Below, piece after piece: positions 1 through 9,773 of a DNA stretch of 64,000 bases (positions are counted from its first letter, which is position 1; each line of letters starts with the position of its first letter). The notes under the pieces are model-generated. The model was not told the origin of the DNA. It did no database searches and saw only the letters and a program-made list of their open reading frames with translations. The stretch is from Patescibacteria group bacterium (GTDB lineage: Bacteria; Patescibacteriota; Minisyncoccia; GWC2-36-17; M10-OD1-4). The stretch covers positions 1,339 to 65,338 of the forward strand of contig JBBTYT010000001.1 in the NCBI GenBank assembly GCA_038061695.1, given 5' to 3'. A program made the position numbers and the translations under genes.

Positions 1-2333
1 GAAATATCAAGAGTCCTCGTTTGTTTAAGAGAGTTTTTAAATTCCAGTATTTCTTTTTCAACTATTTTTTCAAGAGACTCTGAAGAAAGCGGAATAAAAG
101 TTATGATATTATCTATTCTGTTTATTAATTCAGGTCTTAAAATTTCTTTTAAGGATTTTTGAGATTTTTCTCTTGTGTTTTTAAATTGTTTTCTTCCTTT
201 TTTTCTTCCTTCTTCAAAAAATCCCAAAGACTCTTTATTAAATTCTTCATTTCCTATATTAGATGTCATAACGATAATAGTATTTTTAAAATCAATGGTA
301 TGAGAGCTTGAATCTGTTAAGACTCCTTCATCTAGTATTTGGAGAAGTATGTTAAATATCTGAGGATTGGCCTTTTCTATCTCGTCAAAAAGAATTAAAG
401 ATCGGGGATTATTTTTAACTTTCTCAGTGAGATATCCTCCTTCTTCAAATCCGACATATCCTGGAGGGGAGCCGATAAGTCTTGATATGCTATGCGGTTC
501 GGAAAATTCAGACATATCTATTCTTATAAAGTTGTTAAATGTTTTATTATATGCGTTTTTGCTTCCAAATATCTCTTTTGCTATTTGCTTTGCAAGTTCT
601 GTTTTTCCGACACCAGATGGTCCTAAAAATATAAAAGAGGCAAGAGGTCTTTCTTTATTTCGTATGTTGGCAAATGCTCTTATAACCGTTTCGGAAACTT
701 TTTTTACAGCCTCGTCTTGACCGATAATCTTTTTTAGTAAATTCTTTTTAAGATTTAATATCTTTTTTTTCTCTTCTTTTTCACCTGTAGGCATATTTAA
801 TATTTCAGATAATGTTTTTTCTATATCTTCCTTTGAAAGTGTTTTTCTTTGTTGCGCGTTATTTATTTTAAGTACATTCTTTTTTAGATTCTCTATCTCA
901 TCGGTTAAAAATATTTCTACTTTTTTCAGTTCGGCTCCAGTTTTATAATTCTCATTAAATATCGCCTCTTTTTTTTCATTTTTTACATTCTCAAGATCTT
1001 TTTCAATTTCTGATAATTCCTGCTGTTCTTCTGATGCAATGCTTGAATTACTAAGATGCGCAGATGCTTCATCTATTAAATCCAGAGCTTTGTCCGGTAA
1101 TTTTTTATTAGGAAAATATTTTTCTGAACATAAGATGGCGTAGGAGATAGCTTCATCTGATATACTTATATTATGATGTGATTGATAGGCATCTCTTAGA
1201 TGAGAGATGGTATTAAATGCTTGTTCCGGAGTTTCTTCTTTTATGCGTATTGGATTAAATCTTCTTGCTAAAGCGGAATCTTTTTCTATCGTTTTTTTAT
1301 ATTCTTCAGGCGTTGTTGCGGCTATTACCTTAATATTTCCAGAAGATAGAACAGGTTTTATCATATTAGCCGCATCAAGAGAGCCTGATGCAGAGCCAGC
1401 TCCAACTATCGTATGTATCTCATCTATAAATAGAATAACCTCTTCATTTTCAGCTTCTTCAAGTACATCTTTTAGTCTGGCTTCAAACTCACCTCTAAAT
1501 GATGTGCCGGCGACCAAAAGACCCATATCCAAAGAGAATATTTTTTTATCAAGAAGTTGAGCCGGCACTTGTTTTTTTATTATTTTCTGAGTAAGTCCTC
1601 TTACAATAGCTGTTTTTCCAACTCCAGCCTCTCCAATAAGCAAGGGATTATTTTTAAGTCTGCGTAGAAGTATATGAGATACTCTTTCAATCTCATTATC
1701 TCTACCAAATACAGGAGTTTCTTTTTTATTTTTACATCTCTCATTTAGATTATCACAGAAAAAAGATAGGGCTGGGAATTTCTCACTATATTCCATTCCT
1801 TTTTTATTTTTTTGTGAGGAGTGTCTTTTTCCTTCTTTTGTTATAGTTTGACTTAAAAATCCGTTAGTTGGAATATTTGAAGGGGAGTCTTTTAAATCTT
1901 GAAATTTTACAGAAGATTTTAATGTTTCGTTAATTTGATTTTTTATTTTTTCGTAATTTAAATCTTTTTTTAAGAGTTCTGTTTTTTCAAATATGGCGTA
2001 AAGAATATGCTCAGTTCCGATATATTTATGTTTGTATAAAGATGCGGTAGTGACTGATTTTACGAGAATATTTTTTGATAAGTCATCTAGTTTTTTAAGA
2101 ATAAGATCATGAAGTTTGAATTTTAATTTTTTTACCGTTTTGTATTTTAATTTAACGCCATTTACTAGAAGTATATTATAGGCAAGACAACCTTTTTCTT
2201 TTAAAATTGCACTTAAAATATGCTCAGGAGTTACGAGTTCTGATTTTTTAGATATAGCCTCTGACATCGCGATAAAAAATATATTTTTTGCATGCGATGT
2301 AAATTTTTCAAAAATTTTTTGTTCTGCTTCCAT
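1..2333 (-). CDS. clpC: ATP-dependent Clp protease ATP-binding subunit (ClpC-like), 3' end runs off the window
   Basis: Not in the ORF track. Minus-strand ATG at 2333 gives MEAEQKIFEKFTSHAKN (Clp N-domain), followed by two Walker A motifs (GEAGVGKT, GPSGVGKT), FRGEFEARL, IDEIH and LIGSPPGYVG. Confidence 0.9.
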   Translation of the reverse strand, partial: MEAEQKIFEKFTSHAKNIFFIAMSEAISKKSELVTPEHILSAILKEKGCLAYNILLVNGVKLKYKTVKKLKFKLHDLILKKLDDLSKNILVKSVTTASLYKHKYIGTEHILYAIFEKTELLKKDLNYEKIKNQINETLKSSVKFQDLKDSPSNIPTNGFLSQTITKEGKRHSSQKNKKGMEYSEKFPALSFFCDNLNERCKNKKETPVFGRDNEIERVSHILLRRLKNNPLLIGEAGVGKTAIVRGLTQKIIKKQVPAQLLDKKIFSLDMGLLVAGTSFRGEFEARLKDVLEEAENEEVILFIDEIHTIVGAGSASGSLDAANMIKPVLSSGNIKVIAATTPEEYKKTIEKDSALARRFNPIRIKEETPEQAFNTISHLRDAYQSHHNISISDEAISYAILCSEKYFPNKKLPDKALDLIDEASAHLSNSSIASEEQQELSEIEKDLENVKNEKKEAIFNENYKTGAELKKVEIFLTDEIENLKKNVLKINNAQQRKTLSKEDIEKTLSEILNMPTGEKEEKKKILNLKKNLLKKIIGQDEAVKKVSETVIRAFANIRNKERPLASFIFLGPSGVGKTELAKQIAKEIFGSKNAYNKTFNNFIRIDMSEFSEPHSISRLIGSPPGYVGFEEGGYLTEKVKNNPRSLILFDEIEKANPQIFNILLQILDEGVLTDSSSHTIDFKNTIIVMTSNIGNEEFNKESLGFFEEGRKKGRKQFKNTREKSQKSLKEILRPELINRIDNIITFIPLSSESLEKIVEKEILEFKNSLKQTRTLDI

Positions 2334-2455
2334 TCTTTTTTATAACATTTATTACGTTTCTTTGCAAGGTAATCGGGCAATAGCTCTTAAGATGGAAATA
2401 TCATATTTTTTTATATTCGTAAGACCACTTTATCTTTTTTTAAAAAGCTTGTATA

Positions 2456-3832
2456 ATGATATTAATGAAAAAGAAAAAGTATTACAAATTTAGAAAGTTA
2501 GAGGCGTTTTTTGCCGTTCTATTTTTTGTGATCTCACTTTCTTTTATTTTTTCTCAATGGAATTATAATCGTAATTCGCCGGCTCAGGCTTCAAGTCATC
2601 CAGTTAAGATTGTTGGAGCCGCTTGGTCAGGTAGTATTGGTTGGATATCTTTTGTTCCTAATTGTGATAAAGATGGTGATGGTCTTTCTGATGGAGGAGT
2701 CGGATGTCCGCCAGCTCTGGATCCTGTTATTACTTATGGTATTTTGCTAGATACGCCAACCGATAATCTTTCAGGAAAAGCTTGGTCTGATTCAGTAGGT
2801 TGGATATCTTTTAATATTGCAGATTTAGCAGGTTGTCCAGATATATTTCCAGGTGATGTAGAGTGTCAGCCAAGGATTGTTGGTGGTAATGTTCTAGGTT
2901 GGGCAAGAGCGCTTAATACTAGCGGTGGTGGCTGGGATGGCTGGATATCTCTCTCTTGTCTTAATTCAGGTGTTTGCGGCACATCTTATTATCAGGTATT
3001 ATTTTCTTTAGCAACAGGAGAGTTTTCAGGGAGCGCATGGGGTGATGTAGTTATTGATTGGGTATCATTTAAGGGTCCAACTTATGGCGTTACAACCGCT
3101 CCAACTACTCCAACTGTTACGGCAAACTCAGTATCAATATTGGATTATTGTGTTGATAATAGAACTCCGGTATTCGTATTCACTTATGATTCTTCTAATT
3201 ATTATCCTATGACTAGTTATGAAATAGTAGTGACTAAGGTTGGGGATGTTCTTCCTTTTAGTAGCATATCAGGACTTCTATCTGTATCTCCTGGTGAATC
3301 TCGCTCTATTACATATACCGGAGCCCCACTTGATAGAAGCGGAGTTGTTGGTATTGATACAGGTTATAACTGGAGTATAAAAGTTACAAATACCGCCGGA
3401 GTGGATTCTTCTTTCACGGATATGGCAGGGAGTCCAGATGTTTTAATAGAGTTTAATAAGAGACCTGTAGTTGATTTTACTTGGGATCCGCTTCTAGTTT
3501 TTCCTGATATAGATATAGATTTTATAAGCGGTGGTTTTGCGGTATGTTATGATTACGATGCTATTGCTGGTAACGATCTTCCTAGGGATTGTACATCGGT
3601 GGATGGTGATACATTTTTATGGGATATTGTTCCTGGCGCGACTTATGTTGGCGGGTCATCAAATGCTTCTGCTGATCCAGTAGTAAATTTTCCTACTTCA
3701 GGAACAAAAATAGCCCAATTAAATATATGGGGAGTAGGCTTTAATACACTTGATGTAGGAGAGTCTTGCCAAATAATAAAAACTTTAGCTGTGAGAAAGC
3801 CAGCTCCAAAATTTCAAGAACAAAGACCATAA
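2456..3832 (+). CDS. secreted/membrane-anchored protein with repeated GxAWSxxxGWISF units and a C-terminal Ig/PKD-like region
   Basis: N-terminal TM helix; about 4 copies of GxAW...GW(I/V)SF; first gene of the pil cluster. Confidence 0.7.
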   Translation: MILMKKKKYYKFRKLEAFFAVLFFVISLSFIFSQWNYNRNSPAQASSHPVKIVGAAWSGSIGWISFVPNCDKDGDGLSDGGVGCPPALDPVITYGILLDTPTDNLSGKAWSDSVGWISFNIADLAGCPDIFPGDVECQPRIVGGNVLGWARALNTSGGGWDGWISLSCLNSGVCGTSYYQVLFSLATGEFSGSAWGDVVIDWVSFKGPTYGVTTAPTTPTVTANSVSILDYCVDNRTPVFVFTYDSSNYYPMTSYEIVVTKVGDVLPFSSISGLLSVSPGESRSITYTGAPLDRSGVVGIDTGYNWSIKVTNTAGVDSSFTDMAGSPDVLIEFNKRPVVDFTWDPLLVFPDIDIDFISGGFAVCYDYDAIAGNDLPRDCTSVDGDTFLWDIVPGATYVGGSSNASADPVVNFPTSGTKIAQLNIWGVGFNTLDVGESCQIIKTLAVRKPAPKFQEQRP

Positions 3833-3842
3833 ATTTTTTCAA

Positions 3843-4922
3843 ATGAAACTAAACTTAAATTCAAAAATAGATTTTTTAAGTATTTTTCGTGAACATACAT
3901 TTTTAGGTGTTGATATAGGCACATCATCAATAAAAATAGTTCAGCTTACCAGGAGCGGATTAAAATATAAACTTGATACTTATGGTGAAATTCATTTTTT
4001 TTCAAAAAATGAGAATAAAGAATCAGGAGATTCATTAAAAATGTTGGATAATGATGTTGCCTTTTTATTAAAAAAGATAATATTAGAGTCTGGTGCAAAG
4101 GCAAAGAGAGTGGTTATGAGTGTTCCTATATTCTCATCTTTCTCAATCATTATAGATATGCCTGATTTACCAAGAAATGAATTGACAAAAGCTATAGAAT
4201 TCCAAGCTAGACAATATGTCCCGATTCCTGTTAATCAAGTTGTTTTGAGTTATAATATTATAGGAAGAAAAGAGAATGCATCCGGTAATAATATATTACA
4301 GATTCTTTTAGTGGCGATACCGAATGAAGTAAGAGATAAATATTTTAATATAGCAAATATAGCAGGTGTCAAACTTGTATCTTTGGAGGTGGAAACGCTT
4401 CCAATGGTGCGGTCTGTTCTTAAAAATCTTAAAGAGACAGTCATGATAATTGATTTGGGTTTAAAGTCTACTAATTTTTGTATAGTAGATAACGGTGTTG
4501 TGAGATTATCTCATAATTACGATATATCAGGCAGTTCTATAACGCAAGCATTTTTAGGTTTTTCAGGTGGAGATTATAAGAAGGCGGAAAGTCTTAAAAA
4601 AACGATGGGTTTAAATATGACGCCCGGACAAAAAGAGATGGCAAGAGATGTTTTTCATACTATAAATATTATTACAGCAGAAGCAGATAGAATTATGAGC
4701 AGTTATTTTAATAAGTCTAATGTTAGAATGGAAAAGATTATTTTAAGTGGAGGCTCTGCTAATATGTTTGGCCTCAAGGAATATTTTGCAGATAGATTAA
4801 ATTTAGAGGTCGTTGTTGTTGATCCATTTTCAGGTATTATCTATCCAAAAGAATTAGAGAATATTTTGAAAGATATAGGTCCATCTTTTGCTATTGCCTT
4901 AGGACTTGCGATGCGGAAATAG
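3843..4922 (+). CDS. pilM: type IV pilus assembly protein PilM
   Basis: GVDIGTSSIK, IDLG, LSGGSA and C-terminal AIALGLAMR actin-like motifs. Confidence 0.92.
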   Translation: MKLNLNSKIDFLSIFREHTFLGVDIGTSSIKIVQLTRSGLKYKLDTYGEIHFFSKNENKESGDSLKMLDNDVAFLLKKIILESGAKAKRVVMSVPIFSSFSIIIDMPDLPRNELTKAIEFQARQYVPIPVNQVVLSYNIIGRKENASGNNILQILLVAIPNEVRDKYFNIANIAGVKLVSLEVETLPMVRSVLKNLKETVMIIDLGLKSTNFCIVDNGVVRLSHNYDISGSSITQAFLGFSGGDYKKAESLKKTMGLNMTPGQKEMARDVFHTINIITAEADRIMSSYFNKSNVRMEKIILSGGSANMFGLKEYFADRLNLEVVVVDPFSGIIYPKELENILKDIGPSFAIALGLAMRK

Positions 4923-5025
4923 GTTTTAGGTGCTAGGAATTTTTTATTTTGAATATATATTGTTAATGTAGTATAATTAAAAAGTTAAAACATAAAAGCT
5001 AACAGCTATAACTTAAAACCTAAAA
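4917..5025. repeat. inverted heptamer arrays at pilM/pilN junction
   Basis: aaatagg-ttttagg-tgctagg (4917-4937) faces gttaaaa-cataaaa-gctaaca-gctataa-cttaaaa-cctaaaa (4984-5025). Confidence 0.8.
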
Positions 5026-5026
5026 A

Positions 5027-5551
5027 ATGCCAGATATTTCATTATTACAAAGTGATTACGAAGTGGTTTTGAAGGAAAGTAGAATCCCTAGTATTTTTCT
5101 TACTGTTTCCATAATACTTCTCGTAGTGAGTATAGGTTCATATGTTGGTCTTTTTTTCTATCACGCCACATTAGCTGAGAATTTGAAGCAGGTTTCCATT
5201 GCCATAGAGAGTCTAAGTATTGAAAATGCTTCAAATGAAGCTGGCAGGCTAAGTAAGATGGGCGGTCAATTAGATGTTATTCAATATTTGAGAGAGTTGC
5301 ATACGGATGCGAACGCATCTTTAGCGGTAATTGCAAAATCAGTTCATCCTAAAGTTTATTATAAAGATGCAGATATAAATTTAGTTCAAGGTGAAGCAAA
5401 ATTAACCGGTATTGCTTTGACACCTAAGTCTTTATCAGAGCAAGTGATGATGTATGCCGGAGAGAAGAATATATTAAGCTACGATATTTCCAATATCTCT
5501 TTAGTTAATGATAATGTTAAATTTGAATTAAACTTAAAGATTAAAAAGTAA
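5027..5551 (+). CDS. pilN: PilN-like pilus alignment protein
   Basis: N-terminal ISLL motif, TM helix, coiled coil, position after pilM. Confidence 0.7.
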   Translation: MPDISLLQSDYEVVLKESRIPSIFLTVSIILLVVSIGSYVGLFFYHATLAENLKQVSIAIESLSIENASNEAGRLSKMGGQLDVIQYLRELHTDANASLAVIAKSVHPKVYYKDADINLVQGEAKLTGIALTPKSLSEQVMMYAGEKNILSYDISNISLVNDNVKFELNLKIKK

Positions 5552-5557
5552 GTTTTT

Positions 5558-6133
5558 ATGAATAAGGAATACATAACAGGGACAATCTTTCTTATCATCG
5601 CTGTGATTATCTATATTATTTTTATTGAACCAAAATATGCCGAAGTCAAAGTTACAGCAGAGTCTCTTATTGTAAAAAATAATGAGTTTGATGGTTATAG
5701 CGCTTTTATAAAAGATATTGGAAATATAGTTAAAGAATCAGAAGGAGATTTAAAAAGTATTCAAAAAATAGATTCTATCTTACCAGCATCTAAAAATACA
5801 TCTGATGTCCTTGTGAGACTTGATTATATTGCTTCTAGAAATGGACTACTAATGAAGGATGTGAAATTCTCAAATCCGGTGGCAAAATCTCAAAAAACAG
5901 GTAAATACTCAATTATAGATGTTAAGTTGTTTCTTTTAGGATCTTATAATTCATTTTTAAATTTTAGCAAAGATATAAAAAGTAGTAATCCTCTTATGGA
6001 TATAATAGATATCAAATTTTCCAATAATAAAAAAGATGAGGATAGAAACAAAGAGACGAAAGATGAAGTCGGATTATCTTTAGATCCAATTTTTGAATTT
6101 GAGATGAATATAAGTCTTTATTATCAATCTTAA
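5558..6133 (+). CDS. pilO: PilO-like pilus alignment protein
   Basis: TM helix, ILP motif, GSYNSFLNF motif, position in pilMNO. Confidence 0.75.
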   Translation: MNKEYITGTIFLIIAVIIYIIFIEPKYAEVKVTAESLIVKNNEFDGYSAFIKDIGNIVKESEGDLKSIQKIDSILPASKNTSDVLVRLDYIASRNGLLMKDVKFSNPVAKSQKTGKYSIIDVKLFLLGSYNSFLNFSKDIKSSNPLMDIIDIKFSNNKKDEDRNKETKDEVGLSLDPIFEFEMNISLYYQS

Positions 6134-6135
6134 TT

Positions 6136-6483
6136 ATGAATATTTCAATTAGAAACTTTTTACCGAAAAATGAAAAAACGAAGCAAGATTTAATGACGAT
6201 TATTTTAATAATCTCAACTTTAATAGTTTTTGTTATGATTTATAACTCTTATTTTAAAAAGGCACCCATTATCTCTGTTGTTGATGATGTAAAAAAGACA
6301 TCAGTTGGCGTTATTTCTTCTGCTGAAGCATCAAGGATTATTGTTGATAAAGTGAAAAAAGATATAAAAAGAATACAAGATGAATTAAAAAATCCTTTTT
6401 ACTCCTCTTTAAAAAAATATGAACCTGCAAGCAGTGAGATGGTGAGTCCAGGAAGAGGTAATCCATTCGTTAATACTTTTTAA
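6136..6483 (+). CDS. small membrane protein in PilP position
   Basis: single TM, C-terminal GRGNPF resembling the PilP RxPF motif. Confidence 0.55.
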   Translation: MNISIRNFLPKNEKTKQDLMTIILIISTLIVFVMIYNSYFKKAPIISVVDDVKKTSVGVISSAEASRIIVDKVKKDIKRIQDELKNPFYSSLKKYEPASSEMVSPGRGNPFVNTF

Positions 6484-6504
6484 ATGATGAATTGATATTT
6501 TTTT

Positions 6505-8214
6505 ATGCAAAAAACACTCATAGATATATTAATAGCTTTAGGCAAAGTATCAGAAAACGATGCTAAGCTTTTAAGGCAAAATTTAACCACCTCTAAAATG
6601 ACAGAGGAGGATTTTTTATTGACTAAGTTTTCGGAAGATATTATTTTTAATGCAAAAAGTAAGTTTTACGGAGTACCACTTAAAGAGATAGCCGAAGATT
6701 ATCGCATTACAAGTTGGGCTTTATCTCAAATCCCGGAAGAAACGGCAAAGACATATAAATTCATACCGCTTAAGAAAGAGGGGTCACTTTTGGAATTAGG
6801 TATGGTTCATCCGCAAGATATGATGGCATCAGATGCTGTGAAATTTATTTTAACAAGTAAAAATCTCAATGCTAATATTTTTTTAATAACGAATACTCAA
6901 TTTGACTCTCTATTTAAACAATACTCTGCTATTGGAGTTAAAGTGCAAGAGGCTATTTCAGAAATTCAAGAAGATGTGGTTCCTGAGATAAAAATCAATT
7001 CGGACGATGGTAGTAAAATTCTTGCGGAGGCCCCAATAAATAAAATAGTCAATGTGATTTTTAAACATGCTTATGAAGGAGGAGCATCCGATATACATAT
7101 TGAGCCGATTGATGATAATACGCGTATAAGATTTAGAGTTGATGGTGTGTTGCACGCATCTTTATACTTGCCAAAGGAGACTCACAGCGCCATAGTTTCT
7201 AAGATTAAGATATTATCAAATCTTAAGATAGATGAATCAAGAATACCTCAGGATGGAAGATTTAGACAGATAATGTATGATCATCCAGTGGATTTTCGTG
7301 TTTCAACATTTCCAACCACTTCAGGAGAAAAGGTTGTTATTCGTATTTTAGATTCATATTCTGGATTAAAGAAAATAGAAGATCTTGGTTTTGTTGGTTA
7401 TTCTTACGATAAGATAATGGAAGCTCTAAAAAGACCATTTGGTATGGTTCTTACAACCGGACCCACCGGTTCAGGAAAATCTACAACACTACAATCAATG
7501 CTCGGTATTTTAAATAAAGAAGAGGTTAATGTGGTAAGCTTAGAGGATCCTGTAGAATATTACATATCAGGAGTTAATCAATCTCAAGTAAGACCTGAGA
7601 TCCAATATACCTTTGCTTCAGGCTTAAGGAGTATATTGCGTCAAGATCCGAATGTTATTATGGTTGGTGAGATAAGAGATAAAGAGACAGCTAACCTAGC
7701 TACTCATGCCGCACTTACAGGGCATATAGTTTTGTCAACAATTCATACGAATGATGCCCTTGGTGTAATACCCAGGCTTATTGATATGGGCGTGGAGTCA
7801 TTTTTGTTGCCACCGGCATTGAATTTAGTTATAGCGCAAAGATTAGTAAAAAAATTATGTGTCTCTTGTAAAACTACATATAAGCCTGAAGGTAGAGCAA
7901 GGGAAATATTAAATGAGGTTATATTGGGGATGCCTAAGTTTTTACAAGATGAATTAAATAAAAATGAAGTAAATATATGTCAAGCTAAAGGGTGTCCAAA
8001 GTGCTCCGGTAAAGGGACGAAGGGGAGAATAGTTATTTTTGAAGTTATAGAGATGACAAAGGAGTTAAGGGATATAATAATAAATGGACAATTTAACGCA
8101 AAGATTGAAGAGGAAACTAAAAGACAGAATATGATAACGATGAAACAAGATGGTATTATTAAGGTGTTAAAAGGTATTATTTCGCTAGAAGATGTTGTAC
8201 AAGCAACAGTTTAG
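6505..8214 (+). CDS. pilB: type IV pilus extension ATPase PilB/GspE
   Basis: ASDIHIEP, GPTGSGKST, LRQDPNVIMVGEIRD, CxxC...CxxC zinc motifs. Confidence 0.95.
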   Translation: MQKTLIDILIALGKVSENDAKLLRQNLTTSKMTEEDFLLTKFSEDIIFNAKSKFYGVPLKEIAEDYRITSWALSQIPEETAKTYKFIPLKKEGSLLELGMVHPQDMMASDAVKFILTSKNLNANIFLITNTQFDSLFKQYSAIGVKVQEAISEIQEDVVPEIKINSDDGSKILAEAPINKIVNVIFKHAYEGGASDIHIEPIDDNTRIRFRVDGVLHASLYLPKETHSAIVSKIKILSNLKIDESRIPQDGRFRQIMYDHPVDFRVSTFPTTSGEKVVIRILDSYSGLKKIEDLGFVGYSYDKIMEALKRPFGMVLTTGPTGSGKSTTLQSMLGILNKEEVNVVSLEDPVEYYISGVNQSQVRPEIQYTFASGLRSILRQDPNVIMVGEIRDKETANLATHAALTGHIVLSTIHTNDALGVIPRLIDMGVESFLLPPALNLVIAQRLVKKLCVSCKTTYKPEGRAREILNEVILGMPKFLQDELNKNEVNICQAKGCPKCSGKGTKGRIVIFEVIEMTKELRDIIINGQFNAKIEEETKRQNMITMKQDGIIKVLKGIISLEDVVQATV

Positions 8215-8249
8215 TAGTTTTTAGTATTATAAATATAAAGTTTTAAAAT

Positions 8250-8624
8250 ATGGATAGAAAAAAAATTTTAATAATAGAGGATGATGCTCTTTTGTCCAAT
8301 ATGTATCAGACAAAATTTAATTCTGAAGGATTTTGTATGATAGTGGTTGCTGATGGCGAGTCTGGTATCAAGCTTTTATCAGAAGGTCTTAATCCAAGTA
8401 TGGTGTTGCTTGATATTGTTATGCCAAAAATGGATGGTATAGAGGTTCTTGAAAAAATAAAGCAAATGGAGATATGTAAAGATGTGCCGGTTATAATGTT
8501 AACAAATTTAGGACAGAAGGAGAATATTGATAAAGCTACGAAGTCTGGTGCCGTAGGTTATATTGTAAAGGCGAATTATACGCCATCCGAAGTTGTGAAA
8601 AAAGTTAGAGAAATTATAGGCTAG
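8250..8624 (+). CDS. single-domain response regulator (CheY-like receiver)
   Basis: IIEDD, LLDIVMPKMDG, MLTN and conserved Lys. Confidence 0.92.
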   Translation: MDRKKILIIEDDALLSNMYQTKFNSEGFCMIVVADGESGIKLLSEGLNPSMVLLDIVMPKMDGIEVLEKIKQMEICKDVPVIMLTNLGQKENIDKATKSGAVGYIVKANYTPSEVVKKVREIIG

Positions 8625-8650
8625 ATTAATTAAATGATTTTTTAAATATT

Positions 8651-9718
8651 ATGAATGATTTAAAAAGAGAATTTGAGGCGTTGCTTTACGAGGTTGTTGC
8701 AAGAAAGGCATCTGATTTACATTTATCAATAGGAAGGAAACCTCAATTTAGAATAGACGGCTCTCTGGTTACTTTTGAAGAGGCGGATATCATAAGTGAA
8801 AAGAAGGGTAATGATTTAATGTCTATTCTTATGAGTGAGAATCAGAAAGAAAGATTTTTGGAAAATAGAGAAATAGATTTTTCATATACAGTTGATGGTA
8901 TAGGAAGATTTCGCGTTAATGTTTTTTTTCAGAGAGGTAATTTTTCAGTAGCCTTAAGACTTATTCCAAGCTCTATACAGACATTGGACGAACTTGGACA
9001 TCCTGATGTTTTGCATGATCTTTTAAAAACTTCACAAGGATTTTTTATTGTTGTCGGTCCTTCAGGTCAAGGTAAATCTACTACGCTCGCATCAATGATA
9101 GATGAAATAAATCATCAAAGGAAAAATCATATAGTTACAATAGAGGATCCGATAGAGTATTTATTTGAAGATATTAAATCAATTATTGATCAGAGGGAGG
9201 TTGGTAATGATACAAAAGGTTTTAATGTGGCATTGCGTTCTGTTTTGCGTCAGGATCCAGATGTTATTATGGTTGGTGAAATGAGGGATTCAGAAACAAT
9301 ATCAGCGGCTATTACCGCTTCGGAAACAGGACATCTTGTTTTTTCAACATTGCATACGAATAATGCTTCACAAACAATAGATAGAATAATAGACTCTTTC
9401 CCACCGGCGCAACAGAGTCAGATAAAGGCTCAACTTGCAGGAACGCTTTTAGGGGTTCTTTCAAAGAGGTTAATTCCAAGGATAGACGGAGGTAGAGTAG
9501 CGGCATTTGAGCTTCTAATAGCAAATTCAGCTGTTAGAAATCTAATTAGAGAAGGAAAGACACATCAAATTGATCTTGTTATTGAAACATCAGCAGATAT
9601 AGGTATGGTATCTTTAAATAAATCGCTTTCTTATCTTGTAAAAAGCGGAATTATTACTATGGAGAACGCCGAGATGCACTCTCTTAACCCAGTGGAATTA
9701 AGGATGCTTATTAAATAG
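8651..9718 (+). CDS. pilT: type IV pilus retraction ATPase PilT
   Basis: ASDLHL, GPSGQGKST, LRQDPDVIMVGEMRD, AVRNLIRE. Confidence 0.95.
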   Translation: MNDLKREFEALLYEVVARKASDLHLSIGRKPQFRIDGSLVTFEEADIISEKKGNDLMSILMSENQKERFLENREIDFSYTVDGIGRFRVNVFFQRGNFSVALRLIPSSIQTLDELGHPDVLHDLLKTSQGFFIVVGPSGQGKSTTLASMIDEINHQRKNHIVTIEDPIEYLFEDIKSIIDQREVGNDTKGFNVALRSVLRQDPDVIMVGEMRDSETISAAITASETGHLVFSTLHTNNASQTIDRIIDSFPPAQQSQIKAQLAGTLLGVLSKRLIPRIDGGRVAAFELLIANSAVRNLIREGKTHQIDLVIETSADIGMVSLNKSLSYLVKSGIITMENAEMHSLNPVELRMLIK

Positions 9719-9735
9719 AGGTTTTTAAGTATTAA

Positions 9736-9770
9736 TCTAAAACCTAAAAACTATAACCTAAGACCTAGAA
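9736..9770. repeat. heptamer array just upstream of pilC
   Basis: tctaaaa-cctaaaa-actataa-cctaaga-cctagaa. Confidence 0.8.
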
Positions 9771-9773
9771 AAA

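Noticed and set aside
367-1560. Plus-strand ORFs 367-720 and 1207-1560
   Set aside because: Antisense shadows of clpC
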